Shown in pieces: positions 1 through 12,942 of a stretch of DNA of 64,000 bases. Numbering within the stretch: the first letter of the stretch is position 1; each line of letters begins with the position of its first letter. Origin of the DNA: Eledone cirrhosa. Lineage: Eukaryota. Under the pieces are notes generated by a model, which did not search any database, was not told the DNA's origin, and saw nothing but the letters and a program-made list of their open reading frames with translations. The translations under genes and the position numbers were made by a program. The stretch covers positions 38,998,001 to 39,062,000 of the forward strand of contig OZ024754.1 in assembly GCA_964016885.1 (NCBI GenBank), in the 5' to 3' direction.

Positions 1-86
1 GTACTTTATTTTATTGACCCTAGAAGATTGAAAGGCAAAGTTGGCTTCATCAGGATTTGAACTCACAATCTAAGTCAAATTGTGTC

Positions 87-191
87 TTAAGCCAGAAGGC
101 TCATTTGGCTGGTGCTTATCCCGGTTTCATGGTATGAAGCGTCTGAGAGTACAAGATTTCCCCCCTGGACAGGATGCCAGTCCATCGCAGG
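87..191 (-). mobile_element. SINE fragment with V-domain-like core
   Basis: The reverse complement reads CCTGCGATGGACTGGCATCCTGTCCAGGGG...GCTTCATACCATGAAACCGGGATAAGC, resembling the conserved V-SINE central domain. It sits between pieces of another SINE. Confidence 0.6.
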
Positions 192-357
192 AATTCCCAA
201 TGTAAAGAGCTAAGCAACTGCTTAGCATTTTGTCTGACTCCCTAATGGTCCTGCCAATCCACCAGCTTCTGATGGTTTCTGATTTAGGCACAAGGCCAGA
301 AATTTGGGGTATGAGGGAAAATCAATTAAATTAATTATAGTACATGACTGCTACTTA

Positions 358-868
358 CCTTACATACTTGTATATAAGCTGAGAAATATGACAAAAAAAA
401 TTGACAGTAAAATTGCAGGATGTAGGGTGGGGGTTGGCTTATATTCGAGGTCAATATTTTGCCTTATTTTCACCAACTTTAAAATTTTACATAAATGAGA
501 TGCTAAAATATTTTCACTTTCGAGAAGAAATTATACCAGTTTCACTTGGGAACTGAAATTCATTTTTTATGTGTTTTGAATGAATCTGGCCTTTAAAATG
601 TTTGGAAATTGGTAAAAAAAAAAAAATTCATTATGTAATGGCCTTCTGAAACAAAAACTATATTCTAATCAACACTTAAACCATTTTAAATATCAAAATA
701 ATCAAACTTCATAAATATATTCTCCACTCGTGAGAATCTCAAAACCATTCCATCTAAATATTGTGTTGGTTAGCTGCCTCGGCTTGTACACAGGGTTTGG
801 ATTTTTGCCCAATTCTCAGACATAAAATGGTGGCTGGGGAGGGGCGACTTATATTCGAGTATGTAAGG
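358..868. mobile_element. Tc1/mariner-superfamily (Tc2/pogo-like) non-autonomous element (MITE) inserted in a SINE
   Basis: About 23-bp imperfect TIRs (CCTTACATACTTGTATATAAGC ... GACTTATATTCGAGTATGTAAGG) with TA on both sides (356-357, 869-870). A subterminal repeat GGCTTATATTCGAG lies at ~436. The element splits the SINE motif 'gactg-tactt|a-ttttattgacccg'. Confidence 0.7.
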
Positions 869-1373
869 TATTTTATTGACCCGATATTGAAAAGATAAAA
901 CGTAAATTTGACACAGATTCAATTCAAACTCAATAAAATCAAAGAAAGAAAATTATTTTCCGCTTCAGTCCAAGTTCATACTGGGAGGAAAAAAAAAGTT
1001 TTAAAAAAAACAACATGGCAGCTACATTTTTGCTGCCTTAATATGAACGACTACAGATTTGCTGATGTAAATAACATAGAAGTACTGTTAAAGAGAATAA
1101 ATATACAATTAGATTGAAGATTTGATCAGTTCTGTTATTTTCCATGTTGTTTCAAGGAAAAAAAAATCTGTTGAAAGAAATAAGAACCCATTTTAGTTAA
1201 TCAGTTTAACATAAATGTGATTTTACAACAAAATCCTGTCAGGAATAATATACAAAATGTCTACTTGTATGATGATGGCATAGTATGCCATAGCAAGATG
1301 ATGATCAATAAATAGAAAGACGACAAAAGAATTAATTATATGAGAAAGTAGAGAGATAGATGTGTGCAATCAC

Positions 1374-1421
<48 letters not shown>

Positions 1422-1500
1422 AGGTAGTGGTGGTGATGGTGGTGGTGGCGGTGGTGATGGTGGTGGTGGCGGTGGTGGTGGTGGTGATGGCAGTGATGGG
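1374..1500. repeat. (TA)n plus (GGT)n microsatellites
   Basis: Direct inspection. Confidence 0.95.
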
Positions 1501-1688
1501 TTTGAAAACATTCAAACAGATTGCTAAGAAATGCATGCAGAAGACAACATAAATAATTAACAAGGGAAAGTGCTACTGAATCAAACACATATTACTTGTT
1601 ATATTGATATTTTACTCTCTCTCTCACACTCAGTCTTCACCAAACTATCTCTCTTACACCCACTTCTAATAAACATTTAAAATATATT

Positions 1689-1945
1689 TTAACACCTTCA
1701 TTACCATATTTCTAATGAAATACACTGCCTATGATTTTCCAATAATTTTGAAAACATTCAAGAATTTGAAGGGATTTAGTAATAAGCAACTTTCTCATTA
1801 TTTAGCTGATGTTTGGAACATAACAAAAGTTCCGACAAAATTATGATGGAAGGTTTTTATATAAATATAAATACTTTGAAATAAACTGTTTTGTATAATA
1901 GAACCAGGGACAGGGGTCAGGTGGTTTGGTAAAAAAAAATGGGTT
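1689..1945 (+). mobile_element. TTAA-bounded MITE family C (piggyBac-like), degenerate
   Basis: Begins TTAACACCTTCATTACCATATTTCTAATGAAATACACTGCC. Related copies lie at ~22780-24587, ~25825-26085, ~29640-29790, ~31310-31550 and ~56690-56905. Confidence 0.5.
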
Positions 1946-2206
1946 TTCTGTAGAATGTCATAATTTTTTTTAAATGAGTTATTTACAGCCCTAAAATCAT
2001 TGTCCTTTGGAAAAGTAAGCCAGAAAAAAATAATTTCTCACATAGGCAAAAAGCCAGAAAAGGGGTCATTTAATTATATCAATTCCGTAAACCCAAAACG
2101 TAACTGGTACTTTATTTTATCAAGCCCAGAACAAACTTGACCATGACAAACTTTCTACTTAATTACCACAAACATTTTGCCAAAAAAAATAACAACAACA
2201 ACAACA

Positions 2207-2360
2207 ATTGTTCTAACATTGGCACAAGGCCAGCAATTTGGTGGAAGGGAAAAGTTGATTAAATTAAGCTCAGTACTGAACTGGTACTATGATTTGTCAA
2301 CCCTAGAAGAATGAAAGGCAAAATTGACCTCGGTGGGATTTGAACTCAGAAAGTAAAAAG
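2207..2360 (-). mobile_element. tRNA-derived SINE family S1, degenerate copy
   Basis: Contains GGCACAAGGCCAGCAATT...GAATGAAAGGCAAAATTGACCTCGGTGGGATTTGAACTCAG, shared with full copies at 18651 and 33633. Other fragments at 1-70, 271-356 and 2030-2140. Confidence 0.75.
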
Positions 2361-2599
2361 TGGGGTAAAAAAATAACAAAAACAACAATAATAATATTAA
2401 TGTTGAATGTATGTTAGCTTAAAGTTCATTGCAGGTTTATTGACTAAGAAAAATAGTAAAATGTTGGCATATAAGTTCCTAGAGACGGAAAAGGCTAACA
2501 TAAATTCAAAGTTTGCTCATCACTTTGTGACTGCAATTGATCTAATATATGATAGTAATGGTGATGATGATGATGACATAATTATAAGGAAAATGAAGA

Positions 2600-3492
2600 C
2601 ACAGAAGAAACAGCAACAGATACTGCAAAAAAGCTAAAATCCAAATAGAATGCTATGCTATAACAATGGCAAGAAAAAAAACCTTCGTGGCCAGTATCTC
2701 AAAAAAAAAAAAAAAAAAAAATGAATAAGAAAATTTACAAAATTAAGAAACAGTGAACTAAAAGCTGAGACTGAAGGATTTCTAATTACAGCCCAAGATC
2801 AAAGTCTCTTCTAGAAATCACTAAAAATACATCAGTAACTGCAGAATATGTGGTGATGGAGAAGAAACAATTAGCCACATTATCTCAGTCTTTACTAGAA
2901 AATAATATATCTACAGACGTGATAGAGTTGGGCGTTATACACTGGAAGTTATGCCAACACTATGATAATACCAACAGAAAAAAGGTGGCCCAAACATACA
3001 CCAGACAAAGCAATCGTACTCCGAGATATACCAATACACAAAGACAGGGAGATCAAAGCGGACCCGATATTATAGTCAAAGACCACAAAAAAAAAAATTC
3101 TAATTGATGTATCTATCCCCACAGATGACAATGTATCCACCAAGGAAATTGAGAAATTATCCAAATATAAAGATCTAGAGATAGAAATAACTCAAATGTG
3201 GATGATGAAAACAGAAACAATCCCTATAATAATAGGTGCTCTAGGAATGATTAAAAGACTCACAGACAGATACATAACCAAAACCCCAAGAATTACAAAT
3301 ATATACAACATACAGAAAATAGCACTACTAGACACTGCACACATATTACAAAGAGTATTCTCAATACAACAGAAACAACAACACTGCATATGTCCAAGGT
3401 GCACAGAGCTGTGCTTGGTAATGCAGTAATATGCAACAAAAATAGGACTAATAATAAAAAATAAAAAAATAATAATAATAATAATAATAATA
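2600..3492 (+). mobile_element. 3' remnant of an R4/Dong-like non-LTR retrotransposon (restriction-like endonuclease), frameshifted, ending in (TAA)n
   Basis: Conceptual translation across frameshifts gives LRNSELKAETEGFLITAQDQSL, CRICGDGEET, IHWKLCQHY, GPDIIVKD, LIDVSIPTDDNVSTKEIEKLSKYKDLEIEI and PIIIGALG...QKIALLDTAHILQRV. This is the zinc-knuckle plus PD-(D/E)xK RLE layout. A (TAA)n tail follows at ~3447-3492. Confidence 0.85.
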
Positions 3493-3719
3493 AAGACACC
3501 CCCCCCCCACACACACACACACACATCCTTGCTAACACGGTTTTTGAAGTTAGTACTGTAACATAAACATCACAGAAAGAATATATGAGGAGGAAGAGAG
3601 ACTGTTTTATGGACAAATAACAAAAGAACTGACTTTCATATCCACATTATTGAAGTATTGAAATATTTGACTGAGACACAAAATATATTGACAACCATAT
3701 TTGAAATATTAGAATTTCA

Positions 3720-4219
3720 TTAACTCTTAACATCTTTATTACTTCAATCTGCCCGATAGTAAAGATATTATAAACGTTTGATGTGACAAGCTGCAGTATT
3801 AACTCTTAACATCCTGTAATGATTTAGCAGACAATATCTACAAATAGGTTTATCACTTCAAACGTTTATAGTATCTTTACTATTGAACAGATTGTTGTGA
3901 ACATTTACACTATTAACTCTTAACATTCTGTTATGATTTAGCCAAAAATATCTGCAAACAGGTTTATTTTTTTTAAATGTTTATAGAATCTTTACTACTG
4001 AACATTTGCAGTATTAACTCTTAACACCTTGTAATTATTAAGCCAAAAATATCTACAAACAGATTTATTAATTCAAACACTACTAGTGGACAGATTGTTT
4101 GTGGAAATTTGTAGCAAACTAAACTAAAGACTAATGTGATTCAGTCATAGTGTTGATTTGTACTTATCAAGAATGTCTTGTTAATACCGTTTCATGTGGA
4201 TCAGAACATTAAGAGTTAA
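3720..4219 (+). mobile_element. TTAA-bounded MITE family B with its left ~110 bp tandemly reiterated
   Basis: TTAACTCTTAACATC recurs at ~3720, 3799, 3913 and 4015, with a single right end ...ACATTAAGAGTTAA at ~4219. Confidence 0.65.
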
Positions 4220-5212
4220 GTCAGATAGAAAAGAGTCAACTTATTTTGTTTCTGTATTGGAAGATTTTTTCATGTGAAATGGTGAATCAAACCAGATATT
4301 GTTCCACTCTGAAGAAGAGGATCATTCTACCAACAAAACACATTCACACGCACACACATGCGCACACATACACACACACACACACAATAGTTATACTCTT
4401 TTACCTGTTTCAGCCCATGAGCTGTGACCACACAGAAGCACTGATGTTAGAAATAACAGATCTCACCATGGATTTTGAACTATGAACCTATTACTTGCGA
4501 AACAATCTTACCACCAATTACTTTCAAAGTGTTTTGCCACACAACTGTGACCTTTCCAATGTCCTTCAAATCTAGGTTGCATATGCAAATGATAATATAA
4601 GAAACATTTTTCAGAATTCCAGCTTCTAGCTGAACCTAATGTGGAGACCACCATTACTTGACTAGTTAAAAATAGCAGCCATATCTCCCACATGTTGCAC
4701 TCTACCATCTTTGGATAATATAGTTCTGAATATACAATAACTAAAAATAAAACCTGGGATGGTCTTGGCTGGAAAGTTTGATTAGACAGACTTATTGATG
4801 AACAACAAGGACACATTGATACACTAGCTCTGAATAACAGACATGGTGGTTGCAGTTGGAAAGCCTTCAATTATAAATAAGACAGTTGGATTATGGCAGA
4901 CTTGGGGCTAAAAGAAAACAAGAACAACCTCATAAATTATGAAATACACAAAGTAAGGGATTGTTGACATATCTTGAGAATTAATGAAGGCTGATGTTTG
5001 ACAAGGGGACAAACCATTTGAAGAATCTTTATGGATTCTCATGCTATCAGCTAATGTGTGTCAGCACGGAAGAACAGATGTAAAATTGTGACACTACAGC
5101 AGGTGGTATACAAACATACCGTTTCTGCTCTCTGCTACCACAGCAGCACTACATGGTGTTTAGATATGCTAAAAATAGCTGCTAAATCTCCCTCAAATCA
5201 CACCATACTGTC

Positions 5213-5437
5213 TTAACTCTTAACATCCTGTAACAATTTAGTAGAAAATATTTTAAAATGGAGTCTCTTAATTCAAATGTTTATAGTATCTTTACCAGTG
5301 GACAGATCCTTATGAAAATTTGCAATATTAGAGTAAAGATTTTAATTTCTATTGTGATGCAATCATAGTGCAGTTTCATAATTTTCAAGAATGTCTTGCT
5401 AATGTAGCTTAATGCGGTACAGGACTTTAAGAATTAA
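5213..5437 (+). mobile_element. TTAA-bounded MITE family B, single-unit copy
   Basis: TTAACTCTTAACATCCTGTA ... TACAGGACTTTAAGAATTAA form imperfect TIRs. Further copies at ~16317-16516 and ~33413-33530. Confidence 0.65.
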
Positions 5438-5794
5438 AGAATGGCATGCTAGATAATATAGTCTGGGGTAGACTGTGTCTGACAAAATGGTGGGATGATC
5501 ATGGCTGGAATACATTTGCTGAATTGGGGGCTAAACAACAACGGCATCTCCTCTTCGGAAATAGTTGCGTAACCACCAAACCTCCACCTAGGTCAACATG
5601 ACACACTCACCACTCAGCCACTTTGATACTCCTAACCCACCCTAGATATCACAAATACCAGCACCTCTCCCCAATCCTTCTAAACACCCCACACCAAATA
5701 TACAACTGTTAAGTTTTTGGAAGGGAAAGACAGACACCTGAATCCATAATTTAGTGGGGAAAATAGATAAGAAAAAAAAGTTGGAAGGGAACAC

Positions 5795-6248
5795 TAATAT
5801 ATATGTATACACACACACACGTATATACACACACACACACACATATATATATATACACACACACACGTATGTATACACGCACATGGGTGTGTATACACAC
5901 ATATATATGTATGTATACATACACATGCTTACACACACCTGTGTATAAACACACACACACATATATACACACATATATATATACACACACACACACGCAC
6001 ATGTATGTATACACACACGTGTGTGTATATACATACATATATATGTATGTATACATACACACACACCTGTGTGTAAACACACACATTTATATGTACACAC
6101 ACACACATGTATACACACACACACGTATATACACACACATATATATATATATATACACACACACATGTATGTATACACGCACATGGGTGTGTATACACAC
6201 ATATATATGTATGTATACATACACATGCTTACACACACCTGTGTGTAA

Positions 6249-6297
<49 letters not shown>

Positions 6298-6467
6298 TGT
6301 ATGTATACACACACATGTGTGTGTATACACACATTTATATGTATGTATACATACACATGCTTACACACACACCTGTGTGTAAACACACACACATTTATAT
6401 GTACACACACACATGTATACACACACGCACACACACACATGTATATACACACACACACACACACATG

Positions 6468-6524
<57 letters not shown>

Positions 6525-6525
6525 C
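5795..6525. repeat. Compound (CA)/(TA)/(TACA) microsatellite with a ~300-bp higher-order duplication
   Basis: GTATACACGCACATGGGTGTGTATACAC occurs at both 5871 and 6171. Confidence 0.9.
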
Positions 6526-7102
6526 TTCACAAACATAGAAGGCAAGAGAAAGACAAAACAATAATCAACTAACAACTTACCTTCAAAGCTACATTAAACC
6601 TCTACAGTGTAGTCATAATAACAACAACAACAATAACACTAATACTAATGATATATCTAACACTAATAACAACAACAACAACAACATCAACAGCAACAAG
6701 TTGCTGAAGAGGATTGTTGATGATGGAGTGTGGAGAGTAGTAGTAGTAGTAGTAATAGTAGTAGTTGGAAGAGGAGAATGGAGTAGATAGGTGATGGTGG
6801 TGGAGGAGGAGAATGGAGTAGATAGGTGGTGGTGGTGGTGGAGGAGGTGGTGGAAGGGAATACTAAAAGACTATTTTCTAAAAAGACAACAATGATGGAA
6901 CATTTAATGGTGATGATGAAAAGATCAACAACAACAACAACAACAAGATCAAGATCAAAAGATCAAAGATATTCTGCTTGAGCAGATCTTTGAGTATGTA
7001 TTATCCAAAGAGGATTATTGATTTCTGTCTTGTCGAATAAATATTAAGTATATGTCCCTTTTTTTCCAACCAAACATTGACTATATATATATATATATAT
7101 AT

Positions 7103-7181
<79 letters not shown>

Positions 7182-7324
7182 TATAGATATATATATAGAT
7201 ATAGATATATACACACACATACATACTTACTTGATGATGAGGTAAAATATTATATTATTGTGGCTACACATAATATTAACTGTTTAACAAGTGTGTGTAT
7301 GTATATATATATGTACAAATATAT

Positions 7325-7371
<47 letters not shown>

Positions 7372-7560
7372 GATAGATAGATAGATAGGTAGAACATTAA
7401 AAAAAAAAAAAACGATAAGGTGTACCACTTAATTAGTTCATTGTTTTACAATTATTCCAAAAGGTGGAGTGAACCATGGTAATATCTCTATATTGACTAA
7501 TTGTTATGAAACTTCATATTATTAACCTCAATAAAACAGATCCAGTTGAGCGTATGTATA

Positions 7561-7608
<48 letters not shown>

Positions 7609-7828
7609 GAAGGCACGCAGCTGAGTGGTAAGAGAATTGGATTCACAATTGTGAGGTTGTCAGTTTGATTGCTGGACCGGGTGATGCTTTATGTCCTTGA
7701 GCAAGACACTTTATTTCACGTTGCTCCTTCTACCTGGAGTTGCGACTGATAAAAAGTATTAGCAATCGGAAAGACCAACGGAAACATTGTTTCCTCGGTC
7801 CGATTTGACGAAAGTCGATCAACTGTCG
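7609..7828 (+). mobile_element. tRNA-derived CORE-type SINE with tail type A
   Basis: A-box-like AGCTGAGTGGT, degenerate B box and CORE-like TGTCCTTGAGCAAGACACTTTATTTCAC. The tail (7725-7812) is the reverse complement of the 95-bp satellite unit at 47.5-51 kb. Flanked by (TA)n. Confidence 0.75.
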
Positions 7829-7955
7829 ATATATATTAGGAAGAGTTAGATCAGTTACCATATACGTAATACCTTATGATACCCATGACGTGGAGTGCTT
7901 CCGCCTGTTTACACCATAGCTGGTCAATTACTTGGATCAACCAACACTGATTATC

Positions 7956-7990
<35 letters not shown>

Positions 7991-7992
<2 letters not shown>

Positions 7993-8180
7993 CGAAGGAA
8001 ATGTGGTAAGGAACCAGGTGGACCATAACGCACCAAAGTACTCAATACTTGAGGTAGTAGAGTGGGTAATAGGAACCAGTAAGACCCCGACAGCTGAGCT
8101 CAAGCCGTTTCGACGGCTAAGTCCAGAATTAGCCGTCGAAACGGCTTGAGCTCAGCTGTCGGGGTCTTACTGGTTCCTAT
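7991..8180 (-). mobile_element. Short Penelope-pLTR-like element in (TA)n with a perfect 52-bp fold-back palindrome containing the 3' half of a hammerhead motif
   Basis: Arms 8069-8120 and 8129-8180 are exact reverse complements around an 8-nt loop. The hairpin GACGGCTAA-loop-TTAGCCGTC is followed by GAAAC-GGC-TTGAGCTCA-GCT-GTC. Confidence 0.6.
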
Positions 8181-10184
8181 ATATATATATATATATACAC
8201 ACACATCAAAATATTATGAAATTCAACCTAATTATTATTCTTAAACCAAATATCATGAAAACAAAAGCAAAAAAAGTAGATAGATAAATAAAACGTTTTT
8301 TTTCTTTTCTTTTTTCAAATATGTCAGATTAAATATGGCCGAGAAGCTAATCCCTTATGATATAGCAGTGACTAATACGACCTTACTAACAACACCAACA
8401 ACAATACCATTTATTGTCCTACAGTTGTGGAGCTTTCTCTTTGTATACATTTATTCATGTGTGGATGTGCCTATATACATATATATGTATGTATATATAT
8501 ATTATATATATATTATATATATATATATTATATATATATTACATATATATCATATATATATATTATATATATATGCATATTATATATATATTACATATAT
8601 ATCATATATATTATATATATACACACATATAAACATATATACACACACATTGATTCAAGTTAGAAAAGGCATCCGTTTTCTTTGCTGCCACCATCATACA
8701 GCAACCACCATTTTCCTCAGTTGATAACCTCCTGGTAATTATGTGCAGTGTGATACTGGGACAGTAACTGTGAGGTGTGTGGTGTGTTGGTGGAAAGGAC
8801 TGGACTAGCAGGGAGAGGGGAAGGACTGAAGGATTCAGGAAGATTTTATAGGACAGCCTAGAGTTCTGTCATGGTGGAAGATGTTAGAGAAATCTCAAAG
8901 AATTAAACAGAATAATAAGAAGGGGCAGTAAATCGAAATACAGTCGACATGTCTATCAGTGATAAAAATGAATGAAATACAGCTAGAATCAATGTTTCCT
9001 CTAAAATGAGCAGGTGCATGGCTGTACAGCTGCTGTGTTATTGATGCCAAACACTTCAAAATGTTACCACTTACTAAGTAGCTTTGAATTTCAAATAGTT
9101 TTACTCGAAGTGTCAAATGTTCCTTTCACTCAGTGAGTGGGAAAAATTAGAGGGAGCATTGGTCAAAGGTTTATGATCTACTTCTTCAGGCAAAAAACAA
9201 TCTTGGGAAAACAGGAAAATTTGAATAAAATACAATAGAAATATATATGGGTTTTATCTTCAGAGAATAAATATCTTACATTGGGGAAATAGGGGAAAAA
9301 ATTAATGAAATTGAGGGAACATTGGTCGAAGTGTTTAAGGGTTACTTCTTTAAAGAAAAAATATCCTGTGATTATTGGGAAAATGGTTAAAATTGAATGA
9401 AATACGAATGAAATGTATAGAGGCTACATTTTCAAAGAAAAACAACTATATTGTAGATTATTGGAAAAATGTTGGTCTCAGCTAAGTTTGTTTGGTGCAG
9501 ATGTCAAATAAAATCAAAATGGGTTAACTACCAACATGTGACATGCTATATGTTGCCTCTGTGAATATGTATGTCTGTGTGTGTGTGTGTGTGTGTGCAT
9601 GTGCATGTGCGTGATCGTATGCTCAGAGGAATATCAGTTGACCTTTTAGGCAATGTGTTGTTATGCAAGGCGCAGCAGTTTGTGACATATATGTATGTTT
9701 CCACTGATAGGAGAGTGCCACACAAAGGAGAAGAGAAGAGAAAATATAAAAAAAACAACAACCACAACAATGAACCCACAAAGAAACAAAAATAGTATAC
9801 TGAACAAAAATTATCTAAAACATGGTGGAGGCTATGCTAGAGGAGGCCATGGTTGGGAGGGGGGGGGGGGGCTCAGATTGGAGGAGGAGGAGTTACAGAC
9901 AGTGGAAGAGAAAGTAATTAGATTTGTTTGTCTCCTAAATTAGGACGTGGAGGGGGGCGGGATTAGAACATTCATTAATTCATTGATTAATTTTATGTAA
10001 CAAAGAAAAAAAGACATTTTATAAAATGAACTTGGCTATCAATAAAACAATGGCGGGATGTTGTTATGGAACCATGATGAGATATAAAGAAGAAATAAAT
10101 GACTGTGAGAAGAAAGGAAAGACAAAGAAAATTATGAAGAACATTGGAATAATAAGAATACTGGATGGAGAATGAGAGTGGTAG

Positions 10185-10567
10185 GAGAGAATGAGAGAAT
10201 ATTGGAAGAAGAATAAGAGAATACTGGAAGAAGAATAAGAGAATACTGGAAGAAGAATAAGAGAATACTGGAAGAAGATGGGAGAATACTGGAAGAAGAA
10301 TAAGAGAATACTGGAAGAAGAATAAGAGAATACTGGAAGAAGAATAAGAGAATACTGGAAGAAGAATAAGAGAATACTGGAAGAAGAATGAGAGAATACT
10401 GGAAGAAGAATAAGAGAATACTGGAAGAAGAATAAGAGAATACTGGAAGAAGAATGAGAGAATACTGGAAGAAGAATAAGAGAATACTGGAAGAAGAATG
10501 AGAGAATACTGGAAGAAGAATAAGAGAATACTGGAAGAAGAATAAGAGAATACTGGAAGAAGAATAA
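10185..10567. repeat. 22-bp minisatellite (GAGAATACTGGAAGAAGAATAA), ~17 copies
   Basis: Period of 22 seen directly. Confidence 0.95.
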
Positions 10568-10879
10568 AGTCAAACAAAAAATAAAGTTTCAAAAACTAGG
10601 ATATTTTTCAACATGCCGATGTATATGTGTGTATATGTGTCTGCATGTGTGTATGTGCATATGTGTATATGTGTGTACATGTATATATGCATATGCATAC
10701 ATTTATATGTATGAGTATATAAATATAAACGTGCAAACACAGACACACTTACAAAAATACACGCTCAGTCATACATGCACACAAATACACACATACATTT
10801 ACACAAACACACAAACACACACACATACATTTACACGAACACACACACATGATACACCATCCTCCAACTCCCACCAACA

Positions 10880-11176
10880 CTGTAAAGTTATGTTGGTACC
10901 ATAACATCCAGTCCAAACTAAAGAGGTTGTGTAGGTGTCACAACAAAAAAGCACCCAGTCCATGCTGTAATGTGGTCATGTAGGAGACACGGCAAAAAAG
11001 GTCTCAGTCCACACTGTAAATGTGGTTGGTGTTAGGAAGGGCATCCAGCCGTAGAAAACCTGCCAGATACAGTCCTATACGAGCGAGACACGGTCATCTG
11101 ATCAATCTTGCCTCAAATGGGACAATTCCCGTCTAACCCATGCTAGTGTGGAAGATAGACGTTAAATGATGACGAT
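10880..11176 (+). mobile_element. RTE LINE 3'-UTR remnant
   Basis: Matches 63455-63755 (GGTTGGTGTTAGGAAGGGCATCCAGCCGTAGAAAACC ... GACGTTAAATGATGA). Confidence 0.85.
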
Positions 11177-11219
11177 GCGCGTGTGAGGACATATATATAC
11201 ATATTGATATATAGATATG

Positions 11220-11259
<40 letters not shown>

Positions 11260-11344
11260 CACATACACATACATGCGCACAAATACATACATATATATGT
11301 ATACACTCACCAACATTTAATTAATTATATTATATATATATATT

Positions 11345-11680
11345 CTCTGAACATTAATCAGTATACACTGAGGATGAAAAACTCAGAGCTGTATGGGAGC
11401 CTCCCAAAGGTCAGCTCAAAAGTGACACAGAGGAGACTGAGGTTAGCTGGACATGCTCACCGACATCCAGAGTTGACATTGCACTCAGTACTCCTTTGGG
11501 AGCCCCTACATGGACACACTGGAAGAGGAAGACCAAGGTTAACGTATGTTGATGCCTTAAGGACAGACACTGGTCTGTTGGAGACGCAGGACATGGCAGC
11601 GATAATGAGGGACAGAGACCGCTGGAGAGAACTCGTCCATGGATCTCGGGAATTTTACCCGCCTTAGATAGATAGATATA
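11345..11680 (+). mobile_element. 5'-truncated RTE-clade LINE of a second family (ORF2 C-terminus), with a (TAGA)n tail
   Basis: Translation NSELYGSLPKVSSKVTQRRLRLAGHAHRH...LLWEPLHGHTGRGRPRLTYVDALRTDTG...MRDRDRWRELV shows the typical RTE C-terminal RRLRxxGH / GRP / DRxxW motifs. Confidence 0.85.
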
Positions 11681-11967
11681 TATATATTCATACAACATAA
11701 TCTACATTCATTTAACACTGACTCACATCAGAATTATTTCTACCTTCCATTCATTTGATGAGTGTCAGAAGATTCAATAAAACTGTAATGCCTCAATTGT
11801 AGGCAGACATATTTCAATGTCTCTATAGTATTAACAGATTATTTAAATAACACATTCAACAGAACAGATATATACAACTGTGGCTAAGTGCTTGAAGTGC
11901 TGGACTTCTGATTTTAAGTTTTAAATTTTTCAACAGCCACTGTGTTGTTTCCACAAGTCTAGACATA

Positions 11968-12409
11968 TTAACTTTTAACAGCCTGTAATGAAAATGTCTA
12001 AAAACGGGTTTGTTAATTCAAATGTTTATAGCATCTTTACTAATGGACAGATCATTGTGAAAATTTGTAATATTAGTTCTTAATATCTTGTAATGATTTA
12101 GTAGAAAATATCTTTTTAAAATGTTGTTAATTCAAATGTTTATAGCATCTTTACTAGTGGACAGATCATTGTGAAAATTTGTAATATTAGCTCTTAACAT
12201 CCTGTAATGATTTAGTAGAAAATATCTTCAAACAATTTTGTTAATTCAAATATTTATGGTGTCCTTACTAGTGGACAGATCATTGTGAAAATTTGCAGTA
12301 AACTAAAATAAAAACTATAATTTTCCAATGTGATGCCCTAGCACTGTTTTATACTTTCAAAGACTATTTTGCTAATGTGGTTTCAAGTGGTATAGGATGT
12401 GAAGAGTTA
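11968..12409 (+). mobile_element. TTAA-bounded MITE family B with three tandem left-end units
   Basis: Left-end units at ~11968, 12074 and 12187. The right end TATAGGATGTGAAGAGTTAA shares its TTAA with a family C start. Confidence 0.65.
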
Positions 12410-12751
12410 ACCCTTTTTGTTACCATTTTTCAAATCAATAACAACACTTTTTTTCACTGCTTCATTGGTTTCAGTCAGAGTTTGACCATGCTGGGGTACC
12501 ACCTTGATTCAGGCAATCATATTGGCCCCAATATTTATTTTCCGAGTCTGGTACTTATTTTAGTGATTCCTTTTTGTCAAACTTCTAAGTTATGGAACAA
12601 AAAGGAAATGTAAACACACACACATCTATATATCTATCTCTCTCTCTCTCTACATATATATATATATATATATATAAAGTATTTCCGTAGGAAGGGAGAG
12701 TGCTCTATGTATGCTACAGGTTTTTATTATCATATCTTACGTCCATATTAA

Positions 12752-12826
12752 ATTTCATTCTGATGAGCGATTTCAGGCGTCTCTGTTGAGCTCGCCTGTC
12801 TTCGTGAAACCTTTGGTAAATGGAAT
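12752..12826 (+). ncRNA. Type I hammerhead ribozyme motif (complete core)
   Basis: Stem I ATTTCATT/AATGGAAT; CTGATGA at 12760-12766; stem II G-CGA..CAGGCG/CGCCTG..TCG-T; GAAA at 12806-12809; stem III ACC-TTT-GGT; cleavage triplet GTA at 12816-12818. It lies within a ~175-bp island flanked by (TA)n. Confidence 0.8.
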
Positions 12827-12846
12827 AATTGTCTTATGTTGTTTAT

Positions 12847-12877
<31 letters not shown>

Positions 12878-12942
12878 CGAGAGAGAGAGAGAGAGAGACA
12901 GGACTAGAACTGTTTCATTTGAGGGAAATCATCAGGGCACAG

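Noticed and set aside
6575-7000. Possible host exon (GTAAGT donor on the minus strand; low-complexity N/Q-like codons)
   Set aside because: All tested frames hit stops and the sequence is mostly trinucleotide repeat.
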